Assembly: GCF_003918875.1 (NCBI RefSeq)
Contig: NW_025766991.1
Coordinates: 2,790,001-2,854,000, forward strand
From: Haliotis rubra
Taxonomy: Eukaryota
Direction of reading: 5' to 3'
DNA length: 64,000 nt
Within the stretch, counting starts at the first letter, position 1. Each line of letters begins with the position of its first letter. Shown one piece after another: positions 34,486-53,250 of this stretch. Made by a program: the position numbers and the translations under genes. Below the pieces are notes generated by a model that had not been told where the DNA came from, did no database searches, and worked only from the letters and a program-made list of their open reading frames with translations.

Positions 34486-36464
34486 CGTGAAAATAATGAA
34501 GGTTTTGATGTAATTATTATTTTTTCTTTTTCATCAATGTATGAAATGCCAATGATATGGTATTCAGCTTAGCGTGAGAAGATGATTCGTTTAAGTTCCA
34601 AACACGATGAGCCTGTTGTTGTTATGGGTGGTGTTTAAGTAATAAGCTAAAATCATATGACTAGTCGCTCCACTGGTTTAGTGGATAGCGCGTCTGCTCG
34701 GCGAGAGGAGGGTCAGTGGTCTACTCCCATTTGTGAGAACTCCCAGTTGTGAGACTCCCAGTTATGAGACAGTGGAGTAGGTAATTAACAACGAAAACAC
34801 ACCATACTCCCCTGTCTGATAGAATGGATTCACCCTAGCTAATTACTGATTGGCTATATAACTGAATCTTGTGGAGGTAACTTAATGACACTTTATAAGA
34901 TAAATTGTTTAACATACTCAGGTAAATGTCTTTAATAATTAAACACTTTGTGTAGGTTACTTCGTGATCAAAGAGAAATTAATTTACCTACTCAAATTTA
35001 TTCCGTCTCCGAAACTACAAGCTATAGTTTAAGAAATAACTCTGAAATAACTCTGAAATTTACAGTCGAAATGACCCTTATGCCAAACCCTTTCTACCCG
35101 ACACAATAAATTTATGGAATGCCCTACCAAATTGCAAAGAGTCATGCTGTCTCAAAGAATTTTAAAACCTAATTACAAAGCCGAAAACAAGATTTATATT
35201 GATCTTAATTATGGCTCTTGTTTTGTCAAATCGTTCATTGCTGCCTCAGGCTCGGATCTAGCGACTCAAACGCCGATAAGTATAACAGACATTTAATAGA
35301 CAGTGCATGTTGCTCTTGTGGATATCAACTACCCGTTATAACCTGGATAATTTTTTGAACGGAAACAAAGAATTTACTCCTTGTGTAAACCAGAAAATAG
35401 TTGAATCCGTCCACGATTATATCATCAAGACACAACCTTCAAGTTTTCACAGGGAAATACTGAAATTAACTCAACAACCTTCTCATGATTGATTTATATT
35501 CCCACAATACCTTGTTAGACACACACACAACTCTAAATCTCTAATTATGACTACTTAGAGAATAGTTGTATTTGATGTAATCTGTATATATTTATATGTA
35601 CTTAAAAATATATTTATGCAATAGTCAATATCGATGACGTCACATCCTCCATTTCAGTTTATATTTTATGTTGCATGGGAGCGGTGTTAACATAAGCAGT
35701 AATACTTCACCAATCCCAATTCATTTTCATAAATAATAATAAAATATGTTTAAACCAAAATGACTTTCAAACTTCATAATAGTCAATAAAAAGGTGTTAT
35801 CATAATTACATATTCTTCTGAATAAATAAAATATTCAATGAACTAATTTATTTCTGTTGTGTAAATATAATCTTTGATAATCTATTTCATTAATCAACTC
35901 ATCAATGAACTATGCCTCCTGTGGGTACTGGGCTGGGCTGATCCCACTTTCATTTTAAGGATGTGGAAACACCACCTACTGAACCATTAATTAATGTGTC
36001 TCACAAATGGGAGGACACCGGGTCAGTGGTTCCAGTCCGTCTGTGACCACATTTACAATCGTAGAAGTGTTATATTGAATGGGAGTGTGTGCTGCAATGC
36101 CATTGGTCAAAGGCGTTGGTAAACGGCTATAGATCCCGGAAATTGTTCGGACTTTCTATTGAGTGTGAAAACTTTTCCTGTTTAGTTTTTCAGTTTTTCG
36201 CTATTTAATCCCAAATTTGAACAAAAATCATTCCCCTTGGCAAAATTTGCAACGTCAGATCTATTTAAGGATTTAAGAAAACCTTCGATCTAGTTGTGGG
36301 AGAGATTTTGTATTTACATTCGATCTTTAAACTTTATTTATATCTTTATTTATATATATGAGTATTCATTTGTTTTGGTTTTATTTGTTTTGTTGTTTTT
36401 TTATATGTGCGTGTCTGTGTGGGTGGGTTGGGGGCTGTATTTGCATCAACTGAAATCCGTGCAA

Positions 36465-36787
36465 CAGTGTGCAAAATAGTTTCAGAATGTCGCCAGTCAG
36501 TCGGGATAGCAATGCCTGAACGTCAGTAACCCACAAAATAATTCACTAGCCCGAAATTTGAATGTAGGCACGGGTTTCATCATTAAGCTGCTACTATGAT
36601 GAACATTTTTATCAGACCATAATCTTGCATGATTTAAAAGTGTATTATAACTTAACAAGTCGGAGAGAGAAGGATATTTAAAAATGATCCCATGAAAATT
36701 CATCAGCCAATCGGGCCAGTAAATCTCCACAGTCTCTAGTATTTTACTAGCCACGGGCTAGCGGGCCAGTGGCTATTTCGCACACTG
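36465..36787 (-). mobile_element. Second copy of the 58-442 MITE family
   Basis: Reverse-complement similarity over about 320 bp, same TIRs. Confidence 0.7.
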
Positions 36788-37249
36788 TTGTATAACCAAC
36801 GCCACCCCGCCGTTTGTTATGATGGGGAGATTGACCATTATCCCGCCCCGATCCCATTTTGTTCACTTCAGTTGCCGTGAAAGCCATGGTGGCTGTGTGG
36901 GTTAGATCTCTGAGTCAGGGTGCTTGACTGGGAGGGTGGATTCAAATCCCAGATAGAAATCTAGAATCTGTACTTTAAAATTACTGAGAAAGCGTAATCC
37001 CAAATAAACATAAACCACTTTCTAAATATCATTGTGTATTCACAATGCTTATAGTATTATTATCCTCCCTTCTACAGTTTCAATTAACGTAGTAAAAAAA
37101 TTTTTTCGCAATATACCATGGCACACAAGTAACATTTTCCTGCATTTTCTGCATTCCACGAGGTTCCCGTGGGATCATAATGTTGAAACAGGCTATAAAA
37201 ACTTTTTATCACATTCCTCCACGCCACCTAGCGGGAATTTACCGGAGAC

Positions 37250-37364
37250 GGGAAAGTCGGCCATGTTTACGATTTATTGACGGACGAGGTGCATGGATTT
37301 CCCTCACAAAATGGACTGATAAACTCCAGTTATCTTTATTTAGCTTTCGATTTCGACAAAACAA
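37250..37364 (+). other. Probable non-coding 5' UTR exon of CCDC85 (start approximate)
   Basis: CAA|GTAAGT donor at 37365 pairs with TTTCAG acceptor at 37604; CpG-richer segment upstream. Confidence 0.5.
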
Positions 37365-37609
37365 GTAAGTTGTGAGTTGTTTATGTGGATTGTCAGTTTA
37401 CTTTTGCAGTTTCTACTTTTGTATGCAATAACAACGCTGATGTGACGGGTATCCCTAAGTTGCCAAACCACAAATTGTCCACATCGTTTGCATTGTCAAC
37501 CTGATCTCTGTAGTTTGCTAACGGGTTGGACTTGTGCCATATAAAAACATATGCTATATGTTAATTAGCTGGTTAAATAAACGATCAAACATTGCCTGTT
37601 TCAGCCTGA

Positions 37610-43208
<5,599 letters not shown>

Positions 43209-43594
43209 AAGTTCAGGGAAGCGTTCCTCGATTCACTTCTGTTTTAGAAATAATTTGAGAACTGCTTAGTGCTACACTAGTCTGCTTGGAACATGTATGA
43301 CTAGAATGCCATATAACTACTGGAGAAAATATATCTCAGAACCTGTTTCAACCATTATCACTGTGATATAGTATATACATGTACAAAAGAGGAAAGACAA
43401 ATTGGCAGTTGTCCTATAGTCCTTGCCAAAGTTTGTGTCATGTGAACGGCTAGAAAGTTACCATTTTTCGGGTTTGGCTAAATGTTATCACTATAAGGAC
43501 TTGTGAACTAAAGATGTTTAAGGACTCGTATACTAAGGATATAAGTGCCTGCCAATTGTGAATCTTGTTAAATGTTCTGTGAAGCTGAAAAGTA

Positions 43595-43993
43595 TACTAT
43601 TCACACTTTGCTAAGCATCAAATCATGGATTCATCAGAAAACTATGATGTGAGGTCTAATTTGTTTTTTAAATCTAAGCTTATTGTAAGCATGGATCCTT
43701 GGTTTCAGTATGTCACTGCATCTTTTGGATCCCATACCTGCTATTGACAGGTATAGTGTACTTGTCAATGATTCGTTCCATGATTTGCAAAATGGTTAAT
43801 TGGTGCCATGAAACCCATTTTTATGGTTACTCATGTATCAGGTGCTTAAGGTTACATTAAAGTGGCTGTTTGCCTAAAGAGGGGTTACCATATTATTATG
43901 TATCCAGTTTTAAATGGATACAATTCCAAATTATAAATCTATGCTTAAGTAAAGTTTGGAGTTTTTGTGACCCTTAGCTAAGTGTGAGTAGTA
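43595..43993. mobile_element. About 400-bp MITE, uninterrupted copy downstream of the CCDC85 stop
   Basis: Same TIRs and body as 18707-19307. Confidence 0.8.
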
Positions 43994-44242
43994 TATATTT
44001 AGTACATGACAAATCCCTACATAAACACACAGTAGTGATATAAATGGATATACAGAACAGTAAGACCCCGTCACCGAAATACCTTAGTTGTGCGTGCGAC
44101 GTTAAATAAAACAAATAACTAACTAGTAAGACCTTTGTCTGTTAGTATTATTTAAAAGCTGTGGAGTCCATGAAGTAACTACCAAAACATCGCAATGAAC
44201 AAATATTAATTTCCAAAGCTAAACCTGTTTCCATCAGTTAAT

Positions 44243-44432
44243 ATTTTGACATGGTCTGTGACACAGACGAATATGGACATGTTTAGAGCCATTTCTTAAA
44301 TCACGTTCTTCAGTATTTTGACATGGTCTGTGACACAGATAAATATGGACACATTTAGAGCCATTTCTTTAATCACATTCTTCAATATTTTGACATGGTC
44401 TGTGACACAGATGAATATGGATATGTTTAGAG
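44243..44432. repeat. 72-bp tandem repeat, about 2.6 copies
   Basis: ATTTTGACATGGTCTGTGACACAGA repeated three times. Confidence 0.85.
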
Positions 44433-47400
44433 CTTTATCATGGTGAATAATGATTTGATAGTACTATGCATCTTATCGCCACTTGGCACTGTTACCATGG
44501 TTACACCTGCCACTTTGACAAGGCTCTCTTTGATTAATGTGTTGTTTGGCATGCTAAAATGCAGTTGATAGTTACATAGTATGAATATTTGAAAAATTGT
44601 CTGTCAAAGTTCCACTGCCAAAGTGTAATTGTTATTAACTGTTCTATTTATTCTTTGAAAAAAAGTGTGCAATTTCAGTTTCAGTCATGATAATTACATT
44701 CATCTTTTCATTATTGTCCCAAACGATTTTGTTCAGTATTAAGGGGTATGTTTCAGCAGACATCATTTTGAATCCCTGCTGTATGTAAAGGCAAAGCCAA
44801 GGCACTAATGTTCTGCGATGGAAATGAAAATACATCAACTAACATTATTACCCGTTTTAGCTGTTCAAACACTATTCCATACACATTAGGATGAAAATAC
44901 CCTGACTGAGAATTCTGTCTCAGACATTTTCTGTAACTGGGATATAAAATGGAAATCCTAAACAATAATTTCTCAAAAGAGAAATTGGTCAAATCGAGTC
45001 ATTTTCTGTTTATGTAGCTGTGCATACAATTAGACTACATGCACACGTGGAATAATGACTGATCTGCTTACTTTTTGATCTGAAAATGGAGAGTCGCGTA
45101 TGATTTTGTTTTGTATTTGACATTGTAGTGTATAAAGTATTGTATGTAGCTTATTTACCTTTATATTAGTGTGGGTTTTTCTCATTTTTACCATCTTCAC
45201 AATAGGGCATGTTCAGTGTTGTTCCTCCTATAACCATATATCTGTAGATGTTGGGGTTTGTGCTGTATTTTACAGTGTGCTCTCTGTAGGTGCTGTTTAC
45301 TATGTTACACTGTATTGACTTTTCCTGTGATAACATAACCTCCTATTATTTTTCATATATTTCGGAGATAGGAGGCATTGTTACTTATCATCGAATAAGC
45401 TGTATGGATTGACATTCAGTGTTGTGAAAATCTCAATCTTGATGAATTGTACGATTACAGGACTTTATCCCTGTTGTGCCTATTCACACTTCACCTGCTG
45501 TCTTCACCAACAGTTTGTTTTTATAGAATTAAACCATGAAAAGATTAGTTCGCACATATGAACCATGTACAGAAAACCATCAATGACAGTATGTCACAAT
45601 GGGGGATATTTAGATGAGGAAAATATTTACAGCTACATCCACTTACACCACCACCACTCATAGCTCCCTGTACACCCACAACATCATGGCCCACCCTAAC
45701 ACCATCCTCGCCCCTATACCACCGCTAAAGTGTCAGTATCAGCAGATGATTTCTGATTTATCACTGCTTGTGGGAGCTGGACTTCAATCAGTATTAAAGT
45801 GTCGTCAATTAATTATGTTTTTCTACACTGGATTTCTCCACATTTCTGATAATAAAACAATTGCTATATCACATTTCTTAGTGAAGATAGACAAGAAGTG
45901 AGACCTCTTTTACAGAGTAAGATGGTTGTGAGTTTAAACTTCGTGTTACCCAAATGTTGTCATGTGTTAGCACAGTAATTTACATATAGCACTATTTTCC
46001 TATTCCAATGGTTGTTTTCACTGGTTATATACATGGTTTTATTAAGCCCATTTTTACCTCTACACTAATTTATCAGCCTTACAAAATCAAAATTTGGTGG
46101 AAGGTAATGGTCTTCCTAAATACACTTTATGCTGTATTTAGATTGTTAATTTTATGTATATTTTACCAACACTGTACAGACAATGAAATATTTGTACCGA
46201 ATGGTCACATTTGTTTTTTGGTATTAAACTAGTCAATGACACTAGTTATTAAAATACTTAATCACTAAGATTGATGTTTGTGGTGTGTGAAGCTCGTGTT
46301 GTTAGGACAACTACATTGATTCTTTGCTCTCTATAATTTGAAGTAGCCAGACATTGATACCCAATTTTCTCCAAGAACTGAATGGTACAGTTCCTCTTTT
46401 GCAAGCAACACTTCACACTGTTAAACTATAACGAACAAAATAAAGATACCTCATAATTGTTTTCTATATGTCAAACAACGGAAGAGAATACTTTACTTCC
46501 TGTTGCTGTACATCACTTGCTCGAATCACGAACAGAATGTTGGTGCACCTATAAACATTATTTGTCTCTAAAACGTGTCTTGTTACACATCCAAATGCAA
46601 GTCAAAAGTCACAATATTCTTGTGAGAAACTAAACTTTCAAAGAAATAAAGCCCAAAGTGGACACCATCTAAATCCAAGCGTCCCATAAAGAAGAGACGA
46701 CAGCTTGTTTCAGGGTTCAAAATGTGTCAGGAAAACAGGTTTTAATATCTCATCAAAGATACAATTACTTATATAATGTCATACAACAAAATACATGATG
46801 CTAAGCGAAATTCCACAAGAATACCAGGTGTCTAATTCCAATTAACATTGTTTTTTTAACCAGTTGTACTTCATCAAATGTTGTGTACCAGGCAACAACA
46901 TCTTGTGACCTCTTTCACGGACTTGAACTGTGATTGGTCCATCCACCTTTCGCTCTCCAAGCAGATGTTCTGTCCACTACAGTTGAAATGACAAGACTAT
47001 CACAGATAAAATCCAGGATTATATTTCAATTCTGCTGCTTATGGGGAAAATCAAGCAGCAGATCTGACACCACTTATTTCAACAGCTAACTCCAGATTTT
47101 CTTACATTAATTTAGGAAATATAATACAGATTGACATGAAAACAGACAACACGATATGAGACATAAATAGACAGTTTATTTTTCTATTATGGAATACCAT
47201 ACATCATACAACAGGCTTGAACCCATCAGGACATCAACTTTGACAACTTCTGGAATGGTGGGCAAACACATGCGTATCTGATAGTTGGACAGGAGTCCCC
47301 ATCAGAGACACCCCACCTTGTGTAAAGTTGAAGACTTTCTTTACTCAGTGTTCGAATCCCGAGAGAGAAACTGGGTTAGTTTGATTCAGTCTCACTATAG

Positions 47401-48371
47401 ATCTATCTATCTCCGATACAATGTCATGTCTGCTTTTTGTGGGAGAAAAACCAAAGCTGACATTGGTTGTGGACATTTATGACCTTAGTCAAACTCTTGT
47501 GTCTGGCTAAGGATAAATTTGCTTGGGTACTTGTTTCGAACCTTTATCTGAAAATTTACATGAAACTTCTTTCCTGACCTCAAGAAGCTAAACACCACGA
47601 TGGTCAGAGATGAAAACCTCTTCCTGATTTGAATTATGTCACAAAATCATATTTCCTTTACAGTAAATGTGCCATTATGCTCTCTTCGTATGAGAAATAT
47701 AATATATGCAGTATTTATTTTCCACAAATATCAACATATCCCCATTATAATACCCATGAAGATAAGAAAATATATACATTGAGCATTGATTAACACAGTG
47801 TTTTACAGTGAAATACTGGCAGTAATTATTAAACAGCCACTTCATGAGGTGGCACTATGCAAAGATCAAGTCTTCCAACAACTAACCAGAGTAGTAATGT
47901 GTGGATATAAAGGGCTTTGTCTATATTAATATGATTGGCCCACTGCTAATGATTAAATTACAAGAATACCATATGGTGATATCAAGGACTTGGAAGAAAA
48001 ATTTGTGTACATAATACAGAATAAAATTACAGTTGTTCTAATGTCAAAAATATTTATTTAACTGAATAAATAAGGAATACGGTATCAAGAGGAATACACA
48101 TTTGCAATGAAAAGTCCACAAAAACACTGGGTGTCCAACCACAAATAATATCTTTTCATCAATCTGAGCGAAGCAGTGCAGTGATTTCAAGGCCTTGTCA
48201 GCTGTGTTCCAGCTGTATCAGACCGGTAAATAAAAGTCAAACAAGGAACTGAAAACATGAACAAGCTCCCTAGCTGTTAAGTTTGTTAAAGAGTAATACA
48301 ACACGAGGATTGAAATGTGGCAGAAACAATATCATAAAGCAACAACATAAATGGTCCTTGTTTTGGAGATA

Positions 48372-48784
48372 CAGTGAGACCCCGGATATCCAGACACATT
48401 CGTTTTTATGTAAATCGTCCGGAAAACTGAATATCCGGATATCTGGATTTCTGTCATCCAGGCTTACCGTATACTACCGTCTATAAGCCGAATTTTAAGC
48501 AGTGTGTAGAAAGGATTAGCAGACCTTGTCTTGTGTCAAAACACGTGGGACACTCGTGCTTCACTTCAAACGGTCAGCGGAAGATCAAAGCTTCGTGAGG
48601 ATAAGTGAGTCAATTTTGTGTTGATTTAACCGGTTGGTTTGTAAAATTTACCGTCCGGGAACGGAAACTGCATATCCGTTATAGACAGTCACTTTTATAA
48701 CGTAAGAGATTGGTTTTTTTATAAAAATTGATCGGAAGGCGAGGTTTCCGGATATTTGGGGTCAAGGTATCTGGGGTCTCACTA
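48372..48784. mobile_element. pogo/Tigger-like MITE
   Basis: TA-flanked CAGTGAGACCCCGGATA / TATCTGGGGTCTCACTA TIRs, subterminal TATCCGGA repeats. Confidence 0.65.
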
Positions 48785-49312
48785 TATATCAATATGCTAT
48801 CAGTGTCGTATTTCTGTCTGGGTTGTTCATGAACATTCAAGGTCTTCTGTCTTATTTTCCATCTACTGAACAGCACTACCCACCATGGGTTTGACAAACT
48901 GAAACATGCATCTCTGACAGGTAAAAAATATACAGGAAAAACAAATGACATAGCATTCATAAATCTGGATGATATGATGTTTGATCTTAAAGTATAACAA
49001 AGCAAAGATAAACATGGCCACCAGTCCAGTAACCAAAAATCTGGGAGTATTAAGTGCTTCTCTAGGATCTAAGGAATTTACAGAAACCAGTAGTCAAAAT
49101 TTGGGCTTTGACTAGTAGGGTATGTCTATCTCTGTAACGTTGGATGAACTAATGTGCGGAGAAAATACACAATTTTGAATTCCTCAATGAAGACATCCAC
49201 CTCAACAAAATGTAGGGCAAAGTAATACTCCTCCTTAGTAGAGAGTTCCACACCCAGTGTATATAGCACCATGACAGATGAAGATGGCTACCATCTGAAT
49301 GTATAATTCAAA

Positions 49313-49474
49313 TCACATTGGGTCCGTAGATGAGTGTCCAACTCGCTGGAGGAGACGTTCCCGTTCTCGGTTCATGCTGGTGAGGAATGTTTCCTGTCTG
49401 TGGTAGCGGTAGAGCTTAATGACTGACAGAAATGACAGCACTAACCAACAAATCCATGTTGCCCACAGACCGAA
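49313..49474 (-). CDS. TMEM179: TMEM179 exon 4
   Basis: FGLWATWICWLVLSFLSVIKLYRYHRQE...TDPM-stop. Confidence 0.9.
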   Translation of the reverse strand, partial: FGLWATWICWLVLSFLSVIKLYRYHRQETFLTSMNRERERLLQRVGHSSTDPM

Positions 49475-52400
49475 CTAGAACACAAAAATACTCACTGTAC
49501 ACATAACAGGATAACACACTAACCCGTTAATTTCGTGGTACAAGTTTCAAACAACATATGATAAGTATACCTTTAAGAGATACAAAGGTAGGTGCTGTTT
49601 CAAAAGGAGTGAATGTGAGTGAGTGAGAGAGTTTAGTTTTATGCCGCACTCAGCAATATTCCAGCTGTATGGCGGTGGTCAATAAATAATCGAGTCTGGA
49701 CCAGACAATCCAGTGGTCAACAGCAAGAGCATCTATCTAAGCAACGGGGATACAATGACATGTGTCAACCAAGTCAGCGAGCCTGACCACCCGATATCAT
49801 TAGTCACCTCTTACAACAAGCATGGCACAGGGGTGGAAATAACTTTAAAATTGCTAATGTACTCCGGTACAGTGGCACATGTAAAATCACTTGCCCTGAC
49901 AATTTTTCCACTATACCGGCCGTTTTCTTGTTGATCCTTTAAATAAACAACATAATTAACATTGGAAAGTCAACTGGACACCGGTACAGTGTGATATACA
50001 AATTTGCTTGCCCGACAGAAAAAAACACTGGACTCGGACGTCGGGCAATGGGTTATTTCCACCCCTGATGGCATCCAATTTTAACATTTGATCCATATTC
50101 TACAATGACAGATCAAGCGGAGGGGTACACATCATGACATGCCCCCTATTTTCAGACTCTGTATGGACCCGTGAAGATCCGGGGTAGAATAGGTCTTCAG
50201 CAACCCATGTGCTTGCCATAAAAAGGCGACTATCTTGTCGTAAGAGGCGACTAACGGGATCGGGTGGTCAGTTTCGCTGACTTGGTTGACACATGTCATC
50301 GGTTCCCAATTGCGCAGATCGATGCTCATGCTGTTGATCACTGGATTGTCTGGTCCAGACTCGATTATTTACAGACCGCCGCCATATAGCTGGAATATTG
50401 CTGAGTGCGGCGTAAAACTAAACTCACTCACTCACTCAGACTCTGTCATATGGCACTTCATGACTTGAGTAGTGTGCAACCCCCTCACTCCATCCTATTA
50501 TAAATTTACCTTTACAGACTTTAGATTCTCAATGGGTTTATTTTATGTGTGAACACCTGGGTTTCGATTACCCACCTAGGTTACAATGTGTGATGCCCAT
50601 TTCTGTTGTCTCATGACGTGATATTGCTGGAATATTGCTAAAGTGTAAAACTAAACTCGTTAACGCACTCTAGTTTCTTACCTGTGACATTTCAAACTCT
50701 GTGTAGTAGTTGTCGGTATTGATCAGTAGCCCTGTAGTGAACACAATCCTGCCATCAAACTGGCCATTTTCACATCTGAAGGAAGCACACACAATGTTGA
50801 ATTACACTGAGAGTAAGTGAACTGAATGTTGTTACAGCCAGCAATAATTCAGCTCTATCTCAACTGTAAGTAACTGCGGCCTACCTGAGGAAATCAGCAT
50901 TAGAAAGATCAAGACACATGGCTTAACACAAAGTCCTACCATGACAACAGCAATACAGACAACGTCCTTCTGGAAGTTGTAGCCAACTCTACGCTATGCA
51001 TATTTTCTCCCAAAATCTGCAATTTGTTGATCTCTGTCAAGATCACTTAAAACTGTTTCTGTTGCATTGTGATATTTTCATACCAGTTGTGTCATTCTTT
51101 GAAACTTTGGGCATTCCATCTTGAGGTTTTGTCACACTCCTTTACAATAATGTAAGAGCCTCTCCATGTTCTATTTTGTGCTGCCTGTGCCCATCATCAT
51201 TAACTTATAATAACAATAATTAGTCCATTTATATTGTGCTAAATCCATACCAACAGCATGCTCATATTGCAGACAGTTCATTATTACCCCAGATAACCCA
51301 AGCTGCCTATGAAGCACTGGAAGGTTATAGTCACATGACTTATCCCACCAGGTACCCATTTTCTGCTGGGTTACATAGAATTTACCTTTACTACAATAAC
51401 ATCATGGTTTGTTTGTTGTTTAATGCATTACTCAGCAATATTACACCTATCTGACAGCAGTCTGCAAATAACTGAGTCTGGAAGAGATGATACAGTGATT
51501 GGCATAATAAGTATTATCTACGCAATTCAGAGATGATATGTATCAACTAAGGCAAGTTGTTTTCTGGCTAATGTCGGTGACTTACTTCTCTATCTGAGAC
51601 ACTGGATTCGTGATGAGCGAGCACCACTCTCTGAAGCCCACACTTGCTGTGAGAGCTGTTGCAAACAGCACCACTGTCATGACGAGTGTCACAGCACAAG
51701 TAACAAATGCATCAAGCCAAGAACTGGAATAGACAGCAAAAAATAATTTTGTTAAACCACAAGTTCAAGATCAACATGTTCATTTGGGTAAAGACTTCCG
51801 CCCGTATCCCCTTAAATTTGATTCTAGTCAAATCATACTTCACTTAGTAAGGATGAGTTTTAACATGTTTCTTTAATTGTATCTGAACATACTGAAAGAC
51901 ATATTCAACTTTAAAAAATGCCACTCAAAGAATTTGTTCTACATCGTTAAAATTTAGGAGGGGATATGGACGGAAGTCTTACTTGTATGTAGTAACATGG
52001 CAAACAGTATCAAACAAATAAATTTATATCATCGGGTCATAGGTTTTGGGGGTGCAGTGTTTCCCTCATACAGAAAACTGTAAATACTTGGATGGCTTGA
52101 TTTAAGATAAAGTTGTCACATTAATAAGTGAAGTTGCTAGAAGTTCTGACGTTGTCAGCTGTTGTACAGTTCTTCCTTGATTGAAGGAGATAATGGTCCG
52201 AGGTTATAACAGATCGTTCTATGATTTACAGCTGGGTGCCGTTCTATAAAGCGATCTTAGCGATAAGGTGACCGTAACTCCCATACTTTAACATAGACTT
52301 AAGGTAGCCTTAGCGCTAAGGTTGTTTTGTACAACGGCACCCAGGCCTGAACCGAGGCTCTATGGCAACCTTAGGGTCTGATAACCACCAGAGACAATAT

Positions 52401-52915
52401 AATAGATTATATGGTCTCTGCACATGGGCTTGTATTGCTGAAAATAATACGTCCTGGGTCCTACAAGCGTACTCTGATATCCATATACATATACACATGG
52501 ATATCAGAGTACGCTTGTAGGACCCAGGACGTATTATTTTCAGCAATACAAGCCCCTGTGGGTCTCTGTAACCACAGACGATAAATACATCAGGAATTGT
52601 TAGCTCAGTGTTTTACCTGTCAATCCCTCTACACAGATGTCGTGATTGCCAGATCATGTAGAATATCGACAAGACCATCACAGCAACACCAACGAAAACA
52701 GTAAAATTACATGCACTATTTGGTCCCCATGTTATGTTCAGTTTCACTTGAGAAATGATCGACTGTGGCATCCATGAGCCTGAACTATAGAGTAAACAGT
52801 TGCCTGAGAATTCATTCAAGTTTGACCAAACGGGAACAAATATGAAGAAAGAGAAAATAAATGACAAGAGAAACGCTGTCACTTGAGACAACACGAAAAT
52901 ATTTCCAAGTCCCAT
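49313..52915 (-). CDS. TMEM179: Transmembrane protein 179 (230 aa); exons 52617-52915, 51586-51723, 50682-50775, 49313-49474
   Basis: 693-nt spliced ORF with four hydrophobic segments. Motifs EFSGNCLLY, WGPNSACNF, SVGFREWC, QFGLWATWICW, KLYRYHRQE match the TMEM179 family. Confidence 0.92.
49615..49825 (-). mobile_element. Retroposon family C, truncated by a MITE
   Basis: Similarity to other copies. Confidence 0.8.
49828..50067. mobile_element. 240-bp MITE (hAT-like ends)
   Basis: Perfect 16-bp TIR CAGGGGTGGAAATAAC; ATGGCA duplicated on both sides. Confidence 0.75.
50166..50435 (+). mobile_element. Retroposon family C with a duplicated 5' hairpin
   Basis: TCAGACTCTGT on both flanks (50152-50162 and 50436-50446). 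Confidence 0.88.
50682..50775 (-). CDS. TMEM179: TMEM179 exon 3
   Basis: CENGQ...NTDNYYTEFEMSQ; TTCAG acceptor, GTAAG donor. Confidence 0.87.
51586..51723 (-). CDS. TMEM179: TMEM179 exon 2
   Basis: SWLDAFVTCAVTLVM...SVGFREWCSLIT; TTCCAG acceptor, GTAAGT donor. Confidence 0.9.
51791..51980. mobile_element. 190-bp MITE
   Basis: TIRs AAGACTTCCGCCCGTATCCCCT / AGGGGATATGGACGGAAGTCTT. Confidence 0.65.
52232..52344. mobile_element. 113-bp palindromic MITE copy in TMEM179 intron 1
   Basis: Inverted copy of 3158-3270. Confidence 0.75.
52389..52420. mobile_element. 32-bp palindromic mini-element, same family as 23579-23608
   Basis: CAGAGACAATAT...ATATGGTCTCTG; TAACCAC at 52382-52388 and 52569-52575. 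Confidence 0.72.
52421..52560. mobile_element. 140-bp foldback element with 8-bp TSD
   Basis: Perfect 59-bp inverted arms at 52426-52484 and 52497-52555; TSD GGTCTCTG. Confidence 0.85.
52617..52915 (-). CDS. TMEM179: TMEM179 exon 1
   Basis: MGLGNIFVLSQ...HLCRGID; donor GTAAAA. Confidence 0.9.
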
Positions 52916-53168
52916 TGCTGGAGACAATATAAACACTATCAAAGGGGAGTGAACTCGATCGGAAGTCTCGTGACGATGAATCGGATGTTGTAAAAAAAGA
53001 AACAGTCCGAAAATTGGCCTGGTAAATTTTCAGTGCTTCATAACACTGGAAGGGACATAACTGCCGTCAGCACAAATATAAGTAAACTCCACACAGCGTT
53101 CCAAGGCGTTTTATGCAATGCACAAAGTGCTAAACGCGTTGGTAGGAGTTACAGCACATCAGCTCAAA
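52916..53168. promoter_or_regulatory. Bidirectional promoter between TMEM179 and PRPF39
   Basis: Divergent ATGs 253 bp apart; ETS-type CGGAAGT at 52960-52966. Confidence 0.6.
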
Positions 53169-53250
53169 ATGTCGGCCAACTTGGACAAACCAGAATTGGA
53201 GGTAGCTCCGTCAAGTGAGGACACCGCTAAACAGGCTGAAAGTAATCAAG
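53169..53250 (+). CDS. PRPF39: PRPF39 probable exon 1
   Basis: AAAATGTCG start, [11 protein letters not shown]..., phase-1 donor AAG|GTAATC matches exon 2. Confidence 0.7.
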
